This document shows positions 9,517 through 18,779 of a stretch of 41,040 nt of DNA, one piece after another. The stretch comes from Escherichia phage HeidiAbel_Bas97. Below the pieces are notes generated by a model. It ran no database searches, was not told the DNA's origin, and worked only from the letters and a program-made list of their open reading frames with translations. The first letter of the stretch is position 1, and each line of letters starts with the position of its first letter. Location: the sequence record PQ850606.1; one strand, written 5' to 3'. Made by a program: the position numbers and the translations under genes.

Positions 9517-9855
9517 ATGAAAGGTACAAACGCGGCTACAGGCGCGCCGCTGGATGGCATGGACCATCTGCGCCAATCCATAAGAGACATACTCACGACG
9601 CCAATTGGCACGCGGGTGATGCGCCGCGACTACGGCAGCCGCCTGCCCTACCTGGTTGACGCGCCGATGAACCGCAGCACGCTGTTGGACCTGTACGCAG
9701 CGACGGCGGAAGCGTTGGAAACCTGGGAACCACGCATCAGCGTGCAGCAGGTGACAGCCACCGCAGCCGAACCAGGGCGCGTGGAATTGTCGATTTCTGG
9801 CGAATACCTGCCAGACGGCAAACCGATAACTATTGATGGCATAGTGGTGACCTAA
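9517..9855 (+). CDS. W: Baseplate protein W (GPW/gp25 family)
   Basis: 112 aa with the gpW/gp25 signature (MDHLRQSIRDILTTPIGTRVMRRDYGSRLPYLVD). Confidence 0.85.
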   Translation: MKGTNAATGAPLDGMDHLRQSIRDILTTPIGTRVMRRDYGSRLPYLVDAPMNRSTLLDLYAATAEALETWEPRISVQQVTATAAEPGRVELSISGEYLPDGKPITIDGIVVT

Positions 9856-10758
9856 ATGGCCGGTTCTTACACCGTTATTGACTTATCGCAGTTGCCAGCG
9901 CCAACCATCGTTGAACAACTGAGCTTTGAAACAATCCTGGCGGAAATGATTGCTGACCTGCAAGCGCGTGACAGCACGTTTACTGCGCTGGTGGAGTCTG
10001 ACCCCGCTTATAAAATCCTGGAGGTATGCGCGTTTCGTGAACTGCTGGTGCGCCAGCGCGCAAACGAAGAAGCCAAAGCCGTTATGCTGGCCTATGCCAG
10101 CGGCACTGACCTGGACCAGCTAGGGGCCAACGTTGGCGTGAAACGCCTGGTTATCCGACCCGCAGACCCTAACGCGGTGCCGCCAGTTCCGGCAGTCATG
10201 GAAAGTGACAACGAATTCCGCGCACGAATCCAGCTTGCACCGGAAGGCTACACCACGGCAGGTTCCGAAGGCAGTTACGCGTTCCACGCTTTGGGCGCTG
10301 ACGCTGACGTTAAGGACGTGCAGCCCACCAGCCCGACGCCTGGCCACGTGGTCGTTTATGTTCTGTCACGCACTGGCGACGGAGCAGCGCCACAACCATT
10401 GTTGGACAAGGTGAACGCTACGCTGACCAAAGAAGAAGTGCGACCGCTGACCGACAACGTGACGGTCCAATCCGCGCAGATCATCACCTACACCATCAGC
10501 GCGGAACTAACCCTGCTGCCTGGCCCTGATTCAGAAGTGGTGCGCCAGGCCGCGTTTGACGCCGTGGCGGCATACGCCGAAGGCCAGCGCCGCATTGGCT
10601 ATGATGTCACGATGTCGGGCTTGTATCGCGCATTGCATCAGCCAGGTGTGCAGAACGTCAAACTGACTGCGCCAACCGTTTCCCTGGTGTTGGGTGACGG
10701 ACAGGCCAGCTACTGCACTGGCATAACTGTGACCGTGGCAGGTGAAACAGATGTCTGA
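9856..10758 (+). CDS. J: Baseplate protein J
   Basis: 300 aa, P2 gpJ-like, in the conserved W-J-I order. Confidence 0.85.
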   Translation: MAGSYTVIDLSQLPAPTIVEQLSFETILAEMIADLQARDSTFTALVESDPAYKILEVCAFRELLVRQRANEEAKAVMLAYASGTDLDQLGANVGVKRLVIRPADPNAVPPVPAVMESDNEFRARIQLAPEGYTTAGSEGSYAFHALGADADVKDVQPTSPTPGHVVVYVLSRTGDGAAPQPLLDKVNATLTKEEVRPLTDNVTVQSAQIITYTISAELTLLPGPDSEVVRQAAFDAVAAYAEGQRRIGYDVTMSGLYRALHQPGVQNVKLTAPTVSLVLGDGQASYCTGITVTVAGETDV

Positions 10759-11368
10759 CCTGCTGCCACCGAACGCAACCGCGCAGGAACGCGCGCTGGC
10801 TAACACCATCGCCAGAATCAGCGATGTGCCACTGGCTGCGCGCAAGATGTGGAACCCTGACACCATCCCGGCAAACCTGCTGCCGTGGATGGCCTGGGCG
10901 TTCAGCGTTGATGACTGGAACAACAACTGGACCGAACAGGAAAAGCGGAACGTTATCAAAAACTCGCTTTTCGTTCACAAACACAAAGGCACGCTGGCAG
11001 CAATCAAGAGCGCCGTTGAACCGCTTGGCTACATCATTCGCATTGTTGAATGGTGGGAAGATACGCCACAGGCCGAGCCTTACACGTTCCGCCTGGAAGT
11101 TGGCCTGCTTGATAAGGGGGTTGATGAAAGCATTTACGACCAGTTTACAAGGCTGATTGAAACCAACAAAAACCTGCGTTCGCACATGAAGGCGCTGACG
11201 ATTAAATCCGAAATCAACGGCGTGGCTTATTTTGGCGCGGGCATGGTGAGTGGCATCACGACCACTGTTTACCCGTATATTGCAGAAAACCTGGAAAGCA
11301 CTGGCGGAGTGTTTACGGCAGCGGCTGAACAGTCTGTGGATGCGGTTTCTGTTTATCCATTTACTTAA
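10751..11368 (+). CDS. I: Tail/baseplate protein I (start may be 10742)
   Basis: P2 gpI-like; overlaps the J stop; followed by the tail fibre gene. Confidence 0.75.
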   Translation: MSDLLPPNATAQERALANTIARISDVPLAARKMWNPDTIPANLLPWMAWAFSVDDWNNNWTEQEKRNVIKNSLFVHKHKGTLAAIKSAVEPLGYIIRIVEWWEDTPQAEPYTFRLEVGLLDKGVDESIYDQFTRLIETNKNLRSHMKALTIKSEINGVAYFGAGMVSGITTTVYPYIAENLESTGGVFTAAAEQSVDAVSVYPFT

Positions 11369-11384
11369 TATCCGGTGATAATTG

Positions 11385-12656
11385 ATGGCTACTTATTACA
11401 CGCTTTTGACGAAGATTGGCCAGGCGCGCATCGCCAACGCTGTAGCGTTGAATCAGATGGTGAACCTGACCTACATGGCTGTTGGCGACGGTAACGGGAA
11501 CCCTACCACGCCAAATGAAAACCAGACTGCGCTTGTGCGCGAGAAATACCGCGCCACCATCAACCAGTTGACGGTTGACCCTGAAAACCCAAACTATTTG
11601 GTTGCTGAAATGATTGTTCCGACCACTGTTGGTGGCTGGTCAATTTATGAAGTTGGCGTGTTTGACGACCAAAACCAGTTGATCGCGGTGGCCAACTTCC
11701 CTGCGACCTACAAACCTGAACTGGTAGAAGGTTCTGGCCGTGACCTGATTGTGCGCATTATCATTCAGGTTTCAAACACCAGCGTTGTGACGCTTAAAAT
11801 TGACCCTGCTATCACCCTGGCAAGCCAGGCTTGGGTTGCTGCCAACTACGTGAAAAAAATCACGATGGCTGGCGGCACCACCGGCCAGGTGCTGGCGAAG
11901 AAAAGCAACGCCAATGAAGATTTTCAGTGGGTTGACCCGACGGCAGCGGTAAACGTGATCGTTGATTCACAGACTGAAGAACAGACCCTTGCCAGCGGCC
12001 AGACCATCATCAACCTGGCGAAATTGACCACGCAGGCAACGGCTATCTATGTTGAAGGTGTGCGCCTGTACCCGGTCACTCACTACACCATCAACAGTGA
12101 CACGCGGCTGACGCTGAAAACGCCATACCCAAACGGTTCAAAAATCCTGGCCGTTCAGAATGACCCAACCAGCACAATTTCGCTGGCTTCAACCACACAG
12201 AAGGGCTTTACGATTCTGAGCAGCGCCACCAACTCTGACGATGAAACGAAAGCTGCAACACCGAAGGCAGTCAATGATGCTGTAGCTGCACTGGCTTCAA
12301 CGCTAGGGAGCGCTTCCGGTAGAACTGTCGGAAATGGCGCTAACCAGATCCCTGACATGAATTTTTTCACATCAGGAACCAACTGGTTTAAGCAACCAAA
12401 CGGATTCATTGTTCAGCGAGGTGTGTCAGTTGCTGGCGCGATTGGGTCGCCAACATTCATAACTTTCCCGGTGCCGTTCACTGATTATGCCAACGTGCAA
12501 ATCGTGGTTTCATATGACAACGCGGAACCCTATGTGACTTCAATTCCGACATTTGCCGCAACTCCGGTTAACACTGGATCAGGCTTTAGCCTTATGGGTT
12601 CACAGGTTCCCGGTTCAAACACCACTTATGCACGCTGGATAGCAATAGGAAAATAA
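11385..12656 (+). CDS. H: Tail fibre protein (P2 gpH-like N-terminus)
   Basis: N-terminal motifs match P2 gpH (YMAVGDGNGN, LIAVANFPATYKPELVEGSGR, FTILSSATNSDDETKAATPKAV); shorter than P2 H. Confidence 0.8.
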   Translation: MATYYTLLTKIGQARIANAVALNQMVNLTYMAVGDGNGNPTTPNENQTALVREKYRATINQLTVDPENPNYLVAEMIVPTTVGGWSIYEVGVFDDQNQLIAVANFPATYKPELVEGSGRDLIVRIIIQVSNTSVVTLKIDPAITLASQAWVAANYVKKITMAGGTTGQVLAKKSNANEDFQWVDPTAAVNVIVDSQTEEQTLASGQTIINLAKLTTQATAIYVEGVRLYPVTHYTINSDTRLTLKTPYPNGSKILAVQNDPTSTISLASTTQKGFTILSSATNSDDETKAATPKAVNDAVAALASTLGSASGRTVGNGANQIPDMNFFTSGTNWFKQPNGFIVQRGVSVAGAIGSPTFITFPVPFTDYANVQIVVSYDNAEPYVTSIPTFAATPVNTGSGFSLMGSQVPGSNTTYARWIAIGK

Positions 12657-12659
12657 ATA

Positions 12660-13091
12660 ATGAGCAAGTATATGTTTAGTCCATCAACCAACGCGTTCTA
12701 TCCGGTTGCGCTTCAATCAATATACGAAGAAGCAAACATGTGGCCAAATGACGGCGTTGGCTGTGAAGAAGATGTTTTCTCTGAATTTACCGGCGTGCCA
12801 CCAGAAGGAAAGCGGCGCGGGTCTGACAAGGATGGTAACCCGGCATGGGTTGACGTTCCGCCACTTACTAAAGAACAGCAAATAGCCAACGCAAAATCAA
12901 TGCAACAGTATCTGATTGATCAGGCTAATGATTTCATGAATTCAAAACAGTGGCCTGGCAAGGCCGCTATTGGAAGGCTGAAAGATGCAGAGTTGAATCA
13001 ATACAAGATTTGGCTTGATTATCTTGATGCGCTTTACGCTGTAGACACATCGACCGCGCCAGAAATCACCTGGCCAGAACAACCACAATAA
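12660..13091 (+). CDS. G: Tail fibre assembly chaperone (gpG/Tfa family)
   Basis: Immediately downstream of the fibre gene; Tfa-like C-terminus (YKIWLDYLDALYAVDTSTAPEITWPEQP). Confidence 0.75.
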   Translation: MSKYMFSPSTNAFYPVALQSIYEEANMWPNDGVGCEEDVFSEFTGVPPEGKRRGSDKDGNPAWVDVPPLTKEQQIANAKSMQQYLIDQANDFMNSKQWPGKAAIGRLKDAELNQYKIWLDYLDALYAVDTSTAPEITWPEQPQ

Positions 13092-13098
13092 TTATTCA

Positions 13099-13128
13099 GG
13101 CGCTGTTCCCGCAGCGCCATTTTTATTT
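13099..13128 (+). terminator. Rho-independent terminator after the tail fibre assembly gene
   Basis: GGCGCTG-TTCCCG-CAGCGCC then ATTTTTATTT. Confidence 0.6.
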
Positions 13129-13208
13129 GTAATAACCCGTAGTAATAACATGGCCATTACATTATATTAACCTTGCGTTTTCGCATATCATCATAGGTGC
13201 TTCAATGT

Positions 13209-13874
13209 ATGAGTCAGATATTAGAGTTTTGGAAAGGATTGTCGGGCGCTGTTCTTCCATTCGCTGGCGCTAATGCACCGACCGGCTGGCTAATGTGCGA
13301 CGGTTCAGCAGTAAGCCGCACCACATTTGCCGAGTTGTTCGCGTCTATCGGAACCACCTATGGAACTGGTGATGGTTCAACTACTTTCAACCTTCCAGAC
13401 CTGCGCGGGCGCGTAGCGGCTGGCAAAGACAACATGGGCGGAACCCCTGCTAACCGGCTAACAGCAGCAGGCGCAGGAATTACCGGCACGGCACTTGGCG
13501 CAACTGGTGGAAGCCAGACGCACACCATGACAACGGGGCAGATGCCAGCGCATAGCCACGGCGTGAACGACCCTACGCACGCGCATTCTGTTTATGACCC
13601 TACACACACGCACGCCGTCTATGACCCCGGACACGTTCACTCTTATGGCAGGGTTACGACCGGTAACGGGCAGGGTTCTGATATTGGTACGGCAAACAAC
13701 CACGTCACCGCAAACACCGGGGCTGCAACAACTGGCATCAGCCTTTATGCTTCTGCAACTGGCATCGGGATTTATGGAGCCGCAACCGGAATCAGCATCC
13801 AGAACCAGGGCGGTGGGGCGGCACACAACATCACACAGCCAACAATTGTTCTGAATCACATCATCAAGATTTAA
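13209..13874 (+). CDS. Phage tail collar domain protein (MdpB-like) with His-rich tandem repeats
   Basis: Tail-collar signature ([53 protein letters not shown]); bracketed by terminator hairpins. Confidence 0.7.
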   Translation: MSQILEFWKGLSGAVLPFAGANAPTGWLMCDGSAVSRTTFAELFASIGTTYGTGDGSTTFNLPDLRGRVAAGKDNMGGTPANRLTAAGAGITGTALGATGGSQTHTMTTGQMPAHSHGVNDPTHAHSVYDPTHTHAVYDPGHVHSYGRVTTGNGQGSDIGTANNHVTANTGAATTGISLYASATGIGIYGAATGISIQNQGGGAAHNITQPTIVLNHIIKI

Positions 13875-13896
13875 CCCCTGGTAACTTGTCGCCTTT

Positions 13897-13920
13897 GCCC
13901 GCATCACGCGGGCTTTTTTA
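13897..13920 (+). terminator. Rho-independent terminator after the tail collar gene
   Basis: GCCCGC-ATCAC-GCGGGC then TTTTTTA. Confidence 0.6.
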
Positions 13921-13922
13921 CG

Positions 13923-13939
13923 GACAAACCCCAAGAAGA
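13923..13939 (+). promoter_or_regulatory. Conserved 17-mer GACAAACCCCAAGAAGA, copy 4
   Basis: Exact match just after the terminator at 13897-13920, 73 nt upstream of the sheath ATG. Confidence 0.45.
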
Positions 13940-14011
13940 AGCCACGCACGGTTCCTGCGACCATCACACTGCGAATTTTCACTGTGTGCACAGTCAATAG
14001 GAAACCGAATA

Positions 14012-15439
14012 ATGGCAGGTACTGATTTTTTACATGGCGTGGAGGTGCTGGAAATTGATTCCGGTTCACGCGTCATTCAAACCGTTAAATCGAGCGTCAT
14101 CGGTATTGTTGGCACCGCGCCAAATGCTGACCCTGACGCATTCCCGCTAAACACCCCAACCCTGATTGCAGGCAGCCAGCGCGAAGCGGCCAAACTGGAC
14201 ATGCTTGGCACCGGTGAAGGCACCCTGCCCAAAGCACTGGATGCCATCCTGGACCAGATCGGCGCTGTGGTCATCGTTGTGCGTGTTGAAGAAGGCGAAT
14301 CCGACACCGCAACGCTGGCCAACATTATGGGCGGCGTAAACGCATCAACCGGCAAGTATGAAGGCGTTCACGCACTGCTTGGCGCTGAATCCGTTGTGGG
14401 CTACTCGCCGCGTATTCTGTGCGTGCCTGGCTTCACGCATACCCGCGTTCAGGATGGCGTCACAGCTATCTCCATCGGCAACGGCGGCAGCGGCTACACC
14501 GAAGCGCCTACAATCACCCTGGCTGGTGGCGGTGGCGGTTCTGGTGCAACTGCGCAAGCAACTGTGGTTGGCGGCGTCATCACCAAAATCACCGTCACCA
14601 ACGCGGGTATGGGCTACACCGAAGCGCCAACCGTTACCATCACTGGCGGCAACGGCACCGGCGCAACTGCAACCGCATCCGTTGGCATCGCAGCCAATGC
14701 CGTGGTTTCTGAACTGCTTGGCATCGCCAACCGCCTGCGTGCTGTCATCATCGCTGACGGTCCAAACACCAACGACGCTGACGCCATCGCGTACCGCAAA
14801 GACTTTGGCAGCAAGCGCGTTTATGTGGTTGACCCAAAAGTGCTGGTGCTTGACGAAGACGGCACCACAATTACTGATTGGGCATCGCCGCGCGTGGCTG
14901 GCCTAATTGCCCGCATCGACAACGAGCGCGGTTTCTGGTGGTCACCGTCAAACCAGGAAATCTATGGCATCCAGGGCACAGCCCGAACCATTGATTTCAC
15001 CCTGGGTGACACGTCCAGCCGTGCAAACCTGCTGAACGAAAACGAAGTCACCACCATCATTCGCCAGGACGGTTTTCGCCTGTGGGGCAACCGCACCACT
15101 TCCAGCGATCCGAAATGGGCGTTTCTGTGCGTTGTTCGCACGGCTGACATCATCAATGACAGCCTGCTGCGTGCACACCTGTGGGCCGTAGACCGTGGCA
15201 TCACCAAACAATACGTCAATGACGTGATTGAAGGCGTGAACGCGTACCTGCGTAACCTGGTGAGCCTGGGCGCAATTCTTGGCGGCACGTGTTGGGCTGA
15301 CCCTGACTTAAATACTGCTGACCAAATTGCTGACGGTAAGGTATACTTTGATTTTGATTTCACGCCTGTTTATCCGGCTGAACACATTATCTTCCGCAGC
15401 CAATTGACCAACGATTATATTAGTGAGGTATTCGAATAA
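14012..15439 (+). CDS. FI: Tail sheath protein (P2 FI-like) carrying an internal 40-aa tandem duplication
   Basis: ATG at 14012 with AGGAAA RBS; sheath-like N-terminus ([12 protein letters not shown]) and C-terminus; the track ORF 5' extension is rejected. Confidence 0.9.
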   Translation: MAGTDFLHGVEVLEIDSGSRVIQTVKSSVIGIVGTAPNADPDAFPLNTPTLIAGSQREAAKLDMLGTGEGTLPKALDAILDQIGAVVIVVRVEEGESDTATLANIMGGVNASTGKYEGVHALLGAESVVGYSPRILCVPGFTHTRVQDGVTAISIGNGGSGYTEAPTITLAGGGGGSGATAQATVVGGVITKITVTNAGMGYTEAPTVTITGGNGTGATATASVGIAANAVVSELLGIANRLRAVIIADGPNTNDADAIAYRKDFGSKRVYVVDPKVLVLDEDGTTITDWASPRVAGLIARIDNERGFWWSPSNQEIYGIQGTARTIDFTLGDTSSRANLLNENEVTTIIRQDGFRLWGNRTTSSDPKWAFLCVVRTADIINDSLLRAHLWAVDRGITKQYVNDVIEGVNAYLRNLVSLGAILGGTCWADPDLNTADQIADGKVYFDFDFTPVYPAEHIIFRSQLTNDYISEVFE

Positions 15440-15945
15440 TGGCCGCACGTGACGTTTTGAAAAACATCAACTTATTTGTTGATGGCCGTGGTTACGCGGG
15501 CCAGGTGGAGAGCGTCACGCCGCCCACCTTAACCCTGCAAACCGAAGAATTCCGCGCAGGCGGCATGGACGCGCCCATTGATGTGACGTTGGGCATGGAA
15601 AAGCTGGAAGCCAGCTTTGCGCTGCGTGCTTATGATTCTGACGTGCTGGCGCTGTTTGGCCTGTCAGAAGGTGCAAGCGTTCCGCTGACGTTTCGCGGCG
15701 CGCTGGAATCGTATGACGGCAGCGTGAAAGCCGTTGTTATGAACATGCGCGGCAAGATCACCAGCATGGAGCCAGGCACCTGGACGCCTGGGGAGCTAAG
15801 TTCCCTTAACGTGACTGTCAGCCTGAACTACTTCAAACAGCAGCACAACGGAAAAACCATCCACGAAATCGACGTGGAAAACATGGTGCGCATCATCAAC
15901 GGTGTAGACACCCTGGCCGCCATCCGTTCCGCGCTGGCGATGTAA
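15439..15945 (+). CDS. FII: Tail tube protein (P2 FII-like)
   Basis: 168 aa directly after the sheath gene (TAATG overlap); typical tube size. Confidence 0.85.
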   Translation: MAARDVLKNINLFVDGRGYAGQVESVTPPTLTLQTEEFRAGGMDAPIDVTLGMEKLEASFALRAYDSDVLALFGLSEGASVPLTFRGALESYDGSVKAVVMNMRGKITSMEPGTWTPGELSSLNVTVSLNYFKQQHNGKTIHEIDVENMVRIINGVDTLAAIRSALAM

Positions 15946-15952
15946 TTTTTAC

Positions 15953-15977
15953 GGCCAGTCATTTGGCTGGCCATTTT
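15953..15977 (+). terminator. Putative attenuator hairpin after the tail tube gene
   Basis: GGCCAG-TCATTTGG-CTGGCC then ATTTTC; weak T tract. Confidence 0.35.
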
Positions 15978-16005
15978 CAACAATCATTGTTTAAGGCGAT
16001 AAGAA

Positions 16006-16290
16006 ATGGCTAAATTACCGGATTACCTGAAATTCAACCACGAAACCGGCCACTGTGACATCACCCTGTCACGACCGCTGAAAATTGCAGGCGTTGACGT
16101 TCCCGTGCTGCGTATGCGCGAACCAACCGTGGCTGACCAGGAAATTGCAAGCGACATGGGCGGCAGCGATGCTGCGCGAGAAATCCAGACGTTTGCCAAC
16201 CTGTGTGAACAGGCACCCGATGACATCCGCCGCCTGCCGCTGAAAGACTATAAGCGCCTACAGGCTGCCTACGTAAATTTTATCGACTAA
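16006..16290 (+). CDS. E: Tail assembly chaperone E
   Basis: 94-aa ORF immediately upstream of the tape measure gene; ends just after a slippery heptamer. Confidence 0.7.
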   Translation: MAKLPDYLKFNHETGHCDITLSRPLKIAGVDVPVLRMREPTVADQEIASDMGGSDAAREIQTFANLCEQAPDDIRRLPLKDYKRLQAAYVNFID

Positions 16291-16421
16291 GCCCGGAATA
16301 CATCCGCGCGGGAGCTTTGGCACTTGCCAGCCACACCGGCTGGCAACTGTCAGAGATTCAACGGTTGCGGGTTTCCCGCTTTGTCTGGTGGCTTGATGGA
16401 CTACCCAAGAAGCAAAACTAA
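16006..16421 (+). CDS. Tail assembly chaperone E+E' produced by programmed -1 frameshift at AAATTTT (16275-16281)
   Basis: The -1 frame stays open from the slip site to a TAA at 16419-16421, directly abutting the tape measure ATG; encodes ...FYRLSPEYIRAGALALASHTGWQLSEIQRLRVSRFVWWLDGLPKKQN. Confidence 0.55.
16275..16281 (+). promoter_or_regulatory. Programmed -1 ribosomal frameshift slippery heptamer A AAT TTT
   Basis: Canonical X XXY YYZ heptamer in the E frame, 7 nt before the E stop, with an open -1 frame downstream. Confidence 0.55.
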
Positions 16422-18779
16422 ATGGCAAATAAGAAACTAAACGCAACAATTACCATCGGCGGTGCCGTATCGAGTAGCCTTAAGGGCGCATTCGGCACCG
16501 TCAAATCATCTGTGGAACAGGTTGGCGCAGCAATGGCCAAACTGGAACGCGAGCAACGCACACTAACCAACGCCATCCAGACGTTTGGCCGCCAGGGCAA
16601 AAACGTTGATTCACTGCGCGCCAAATACGCCGCCAACGTTGCTGCGGTGGACAAACTGCGCACCGCCACCGAACGCCTGAAACGCGTGGAGGATGCCCGC
16701 GAACGCAACCTGGCGAAGCGTGAACAATACAAAGATGGCATCATGGGCACCATTGCCCTGGGTGCCACTATCGCCGCGCCAATCAAAGCCGCGATGGATT
16801 TTGAAAGCACCGTTGCCGACATCAAAAAGGTGGTGGACGCGCCGAAGGGTGCCGACGAAGATACTTTCTTCAAAGCCATCAGCAAACAGGTTTTGGATAT
16901 GTCCAAAACTCTGCCGATGACCGCCAACGAGATTGGCCGCATCTTCGCGCTTGGCGGCCAGTCTGGCATTGCCACCGAAGATTTGGGCAAGTTCACGGAA
17001 TCCGCAGTCAAAATGGGCGTGGCGTTTGATGTCAGCGCGGAACAGGCTGGCCAGTCAATGGCGGAACTGCGTTCTGCATTCGGCATGACGCAAGACCAGG
17101 TGAACACCCTGGCCGACCAGATGAACTACCTGGACAACAACGGCAGCGCCGCCGCCAAAGACATCATGGAAATTGTCCAGCGCATCGGGCCGCTGGCCAA
17201 AGTGGCTGGCGTTTCTGCTGGCCAGGTGGCCGCCCTGGGTTCAACGCTGCGCGGCATGGGTGTGCAAAACGAAATTGCCGCCACCGGCATCAAAAACCTG
17301 TTCCTGACCCTGGCATCCGGTGACGCTGCGACGAAGAAACAAAAGGAAGTGTTTAAACAGCTTGGCTACACGTCAAAAGAAGTGTCCAAGTCAATGCAGC
17401 TTGACGCAGAAAAGACCATGACGGTCATTCTGAAACAGATTTCCAAACTGCCGAAGCACGCACAGGCGGCAGCACTTACGGAACTGTTTGGCAAAGAGGT
17501 GGTGGGCAGTATCGCGCCGCTGATGACGCGGCTTGGCGAGTTGCAGAAAAACTTTGATGCCGTGGCCGACCGGACGAAATACGCCGGTTCCATGCAGAAA
17601 GAATTTGAAGCGCGCGCGGCCACCACTGCAAACCAGCTTATTTTGTTCCGCAACCAGATCACCGGCCTGGGCGTCACGATTGGTTCAGTCCTTCTGCCTG
17701 CGGTCAACAGCGTCCTGCAAACCGTTGGGCCGTGGATTGGCAAAATCACTGAACTGGCTGACGCGCACCCGGTTGTCACCAAAGCCATTGTGGCCACGGC
17801 TGGCGCACTGATTACCATGCGCATTGCCACGTTTGCTGCTGGCTTCGCTTTCACGTACCTGCGCGGCGGTGCGCTGCGTGTTGTGGGTGCCCTGGCTGGT
17901 GCCCGCGCACAGATGGCACTGACGGCGGTTTCCGCGCGTGCAGTGGGTGCCGCAGCTACCGTGGCCAACGGCGGCCTGGTGGGCATGGCATCGCGTGGAA
18001 TCCCTGCCGTTGTCACTGGCGTGCGCGCCATTGGTGCGGCGTTCATTTCCACCGGCATTGGTGCCCTGATTACCGGCCTGGCGCTTGGCGGCCTGTGGAT
18101 TTACCGCAATTGGGCTGGCGTCAAAGCGTTCATGACCGGCACGTTGCAGGGCATCCAGCAAGGGTTGCAGCCTGTAACGGAGAAATTCCAGGCGCTGTGG
18201 GATAGGTTAGGACCAGTAAAAACCGCATTCCAGTGGGTTGCTGACGCTGCTGGCAAGGCGTGGGATTGGTTCACCAAACTGGCCGAACCTGTGAGCTACA
18301 GCGGCGAAGAACTGAAAAAGGCCGGTGACGCTGGCCAGCAGTTCGGCAAGGCGCTGGCGGCAGGCATTGATTATGTTTTGGGGCCAATTCAGTTCCTGAT
18401 TGATAAGATCATTTGGGTTTCTGACAACATTGGCGCACTGACGCAAAAAGCCGTTGAGTTCAAAAACAGCGTTTCTGACATGGCTGGTGGTGCCTGGCAG
18501 AAAACGAAAGACTTTTTCAGCAACCCGTTTGGCAGTGATGACGTGCCAGAAGGCAACACGCTGGCCACACCGTTGACACCGAACAACGCATTGCCAGCGC
18601 CTGCCCTGGCGAACCGTGGCGGCAGTACATACACCGACAGCAGCACCACCACCATTCAGGTGACGCAGCGCCCTGGTGAGAACAACGCCGACCTGGCCAA
18701 ACGTATTGCCGACGAACAGGAGCGCCGCCGCCAGGTGCGCCAGCGCAGCATGATGAATGATGGAGTGACGGCACCATGA
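16422..18779 (+). CDS. T: Tail tape measure protein
   Basis: 785 aa, Ala/Gly-rich with coiled-coil and hydrophobic segments; follows E/E'. Confidence 0.9.
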   Translation: MANKKLNATITIGGAVSSSLKGAFGTVKSSVEQVGAAMAKLEREQRTLTNAIQTFGRQGKNVDSLRAKYAANVAAVDKLRTATERLKRVEDARERNLAKREQYKDGIMGTIALGATIAAPIKAAMDFESTVADIKKVVDAPKGADEDTFFKAISKQVLDMSKTLPMTANEIGRIFALGGQSGIATEDLGKFTESAVKMGVAFDVSAEQAGQSMAELRSAFGMTQDQVNTLADQMNYLDNNGSAAAKDIMEIVQRIGPLAKVAGVSAGQVAALGSTLRGMGVQNEIAATGIKNLFLTLASGDAATKKQKEVFKQLGYTSKEVSKSMQLDAEKTMTVILKQISKLPKHAQAAALTELFGKEVVGSIAPLMTRLGELQKNFDAVADRTKYAGSMQKEFEARAATTANQLILFRNQITGLGVTIGSVLLPAVNSVLQTVGPWIGKITELADAHPVVTKAIVATAGALITMRIATFAAGFAFTYLRGGALRVVGALAGARAQMALTAVSARAVGAAATVANGGLVGMASRGIPAVVTGVRAIGAAFISTGIGALITGLALGGLWIYRNWAGVKAFMTGTLQGIQQGLQPVTEKFQALWDRLGPVKTAFQWVADAAGKAWDWFTKLAEPVSYSGEELKKAGDAGQQFGKALAAGIDYVLGPIQFLIDKIIWVSDNIGALTQKAVEFKNSVSDMAGGAWQKTKDFFSNPFGSDDVPEGNTLATPLTPNNALPAPALANRGGSTYTDSSTTTIQVTQRPGENNADLAKRIADEQERRRQVRQRSMMNDGVTAP

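Noticed and set aside
13886-14011. 5' extension of the sheath ORF back to 13886
   Set aside because: The extension runs through a terminator hairpin and the conserved 17-mer; the ATG at 14012 has an RBS and starts a sheath-like N-terminus.
14358-14906. 182-aa and 97-aa alternate-frame plus-strand ORFs inside the sheath gene
   Set aside because: They overlap the sheath coding frame; low-complexity translations arising from the Gly/Ala-rich repeat region.
17366-18161. Minus-strand ORFs of 230 and 158 aa inside the tape measure gene
   Set aside because: Antisense to a well-supported long structural gene; Ala/Arg/Pro-rich translations typical of frame artefacts.
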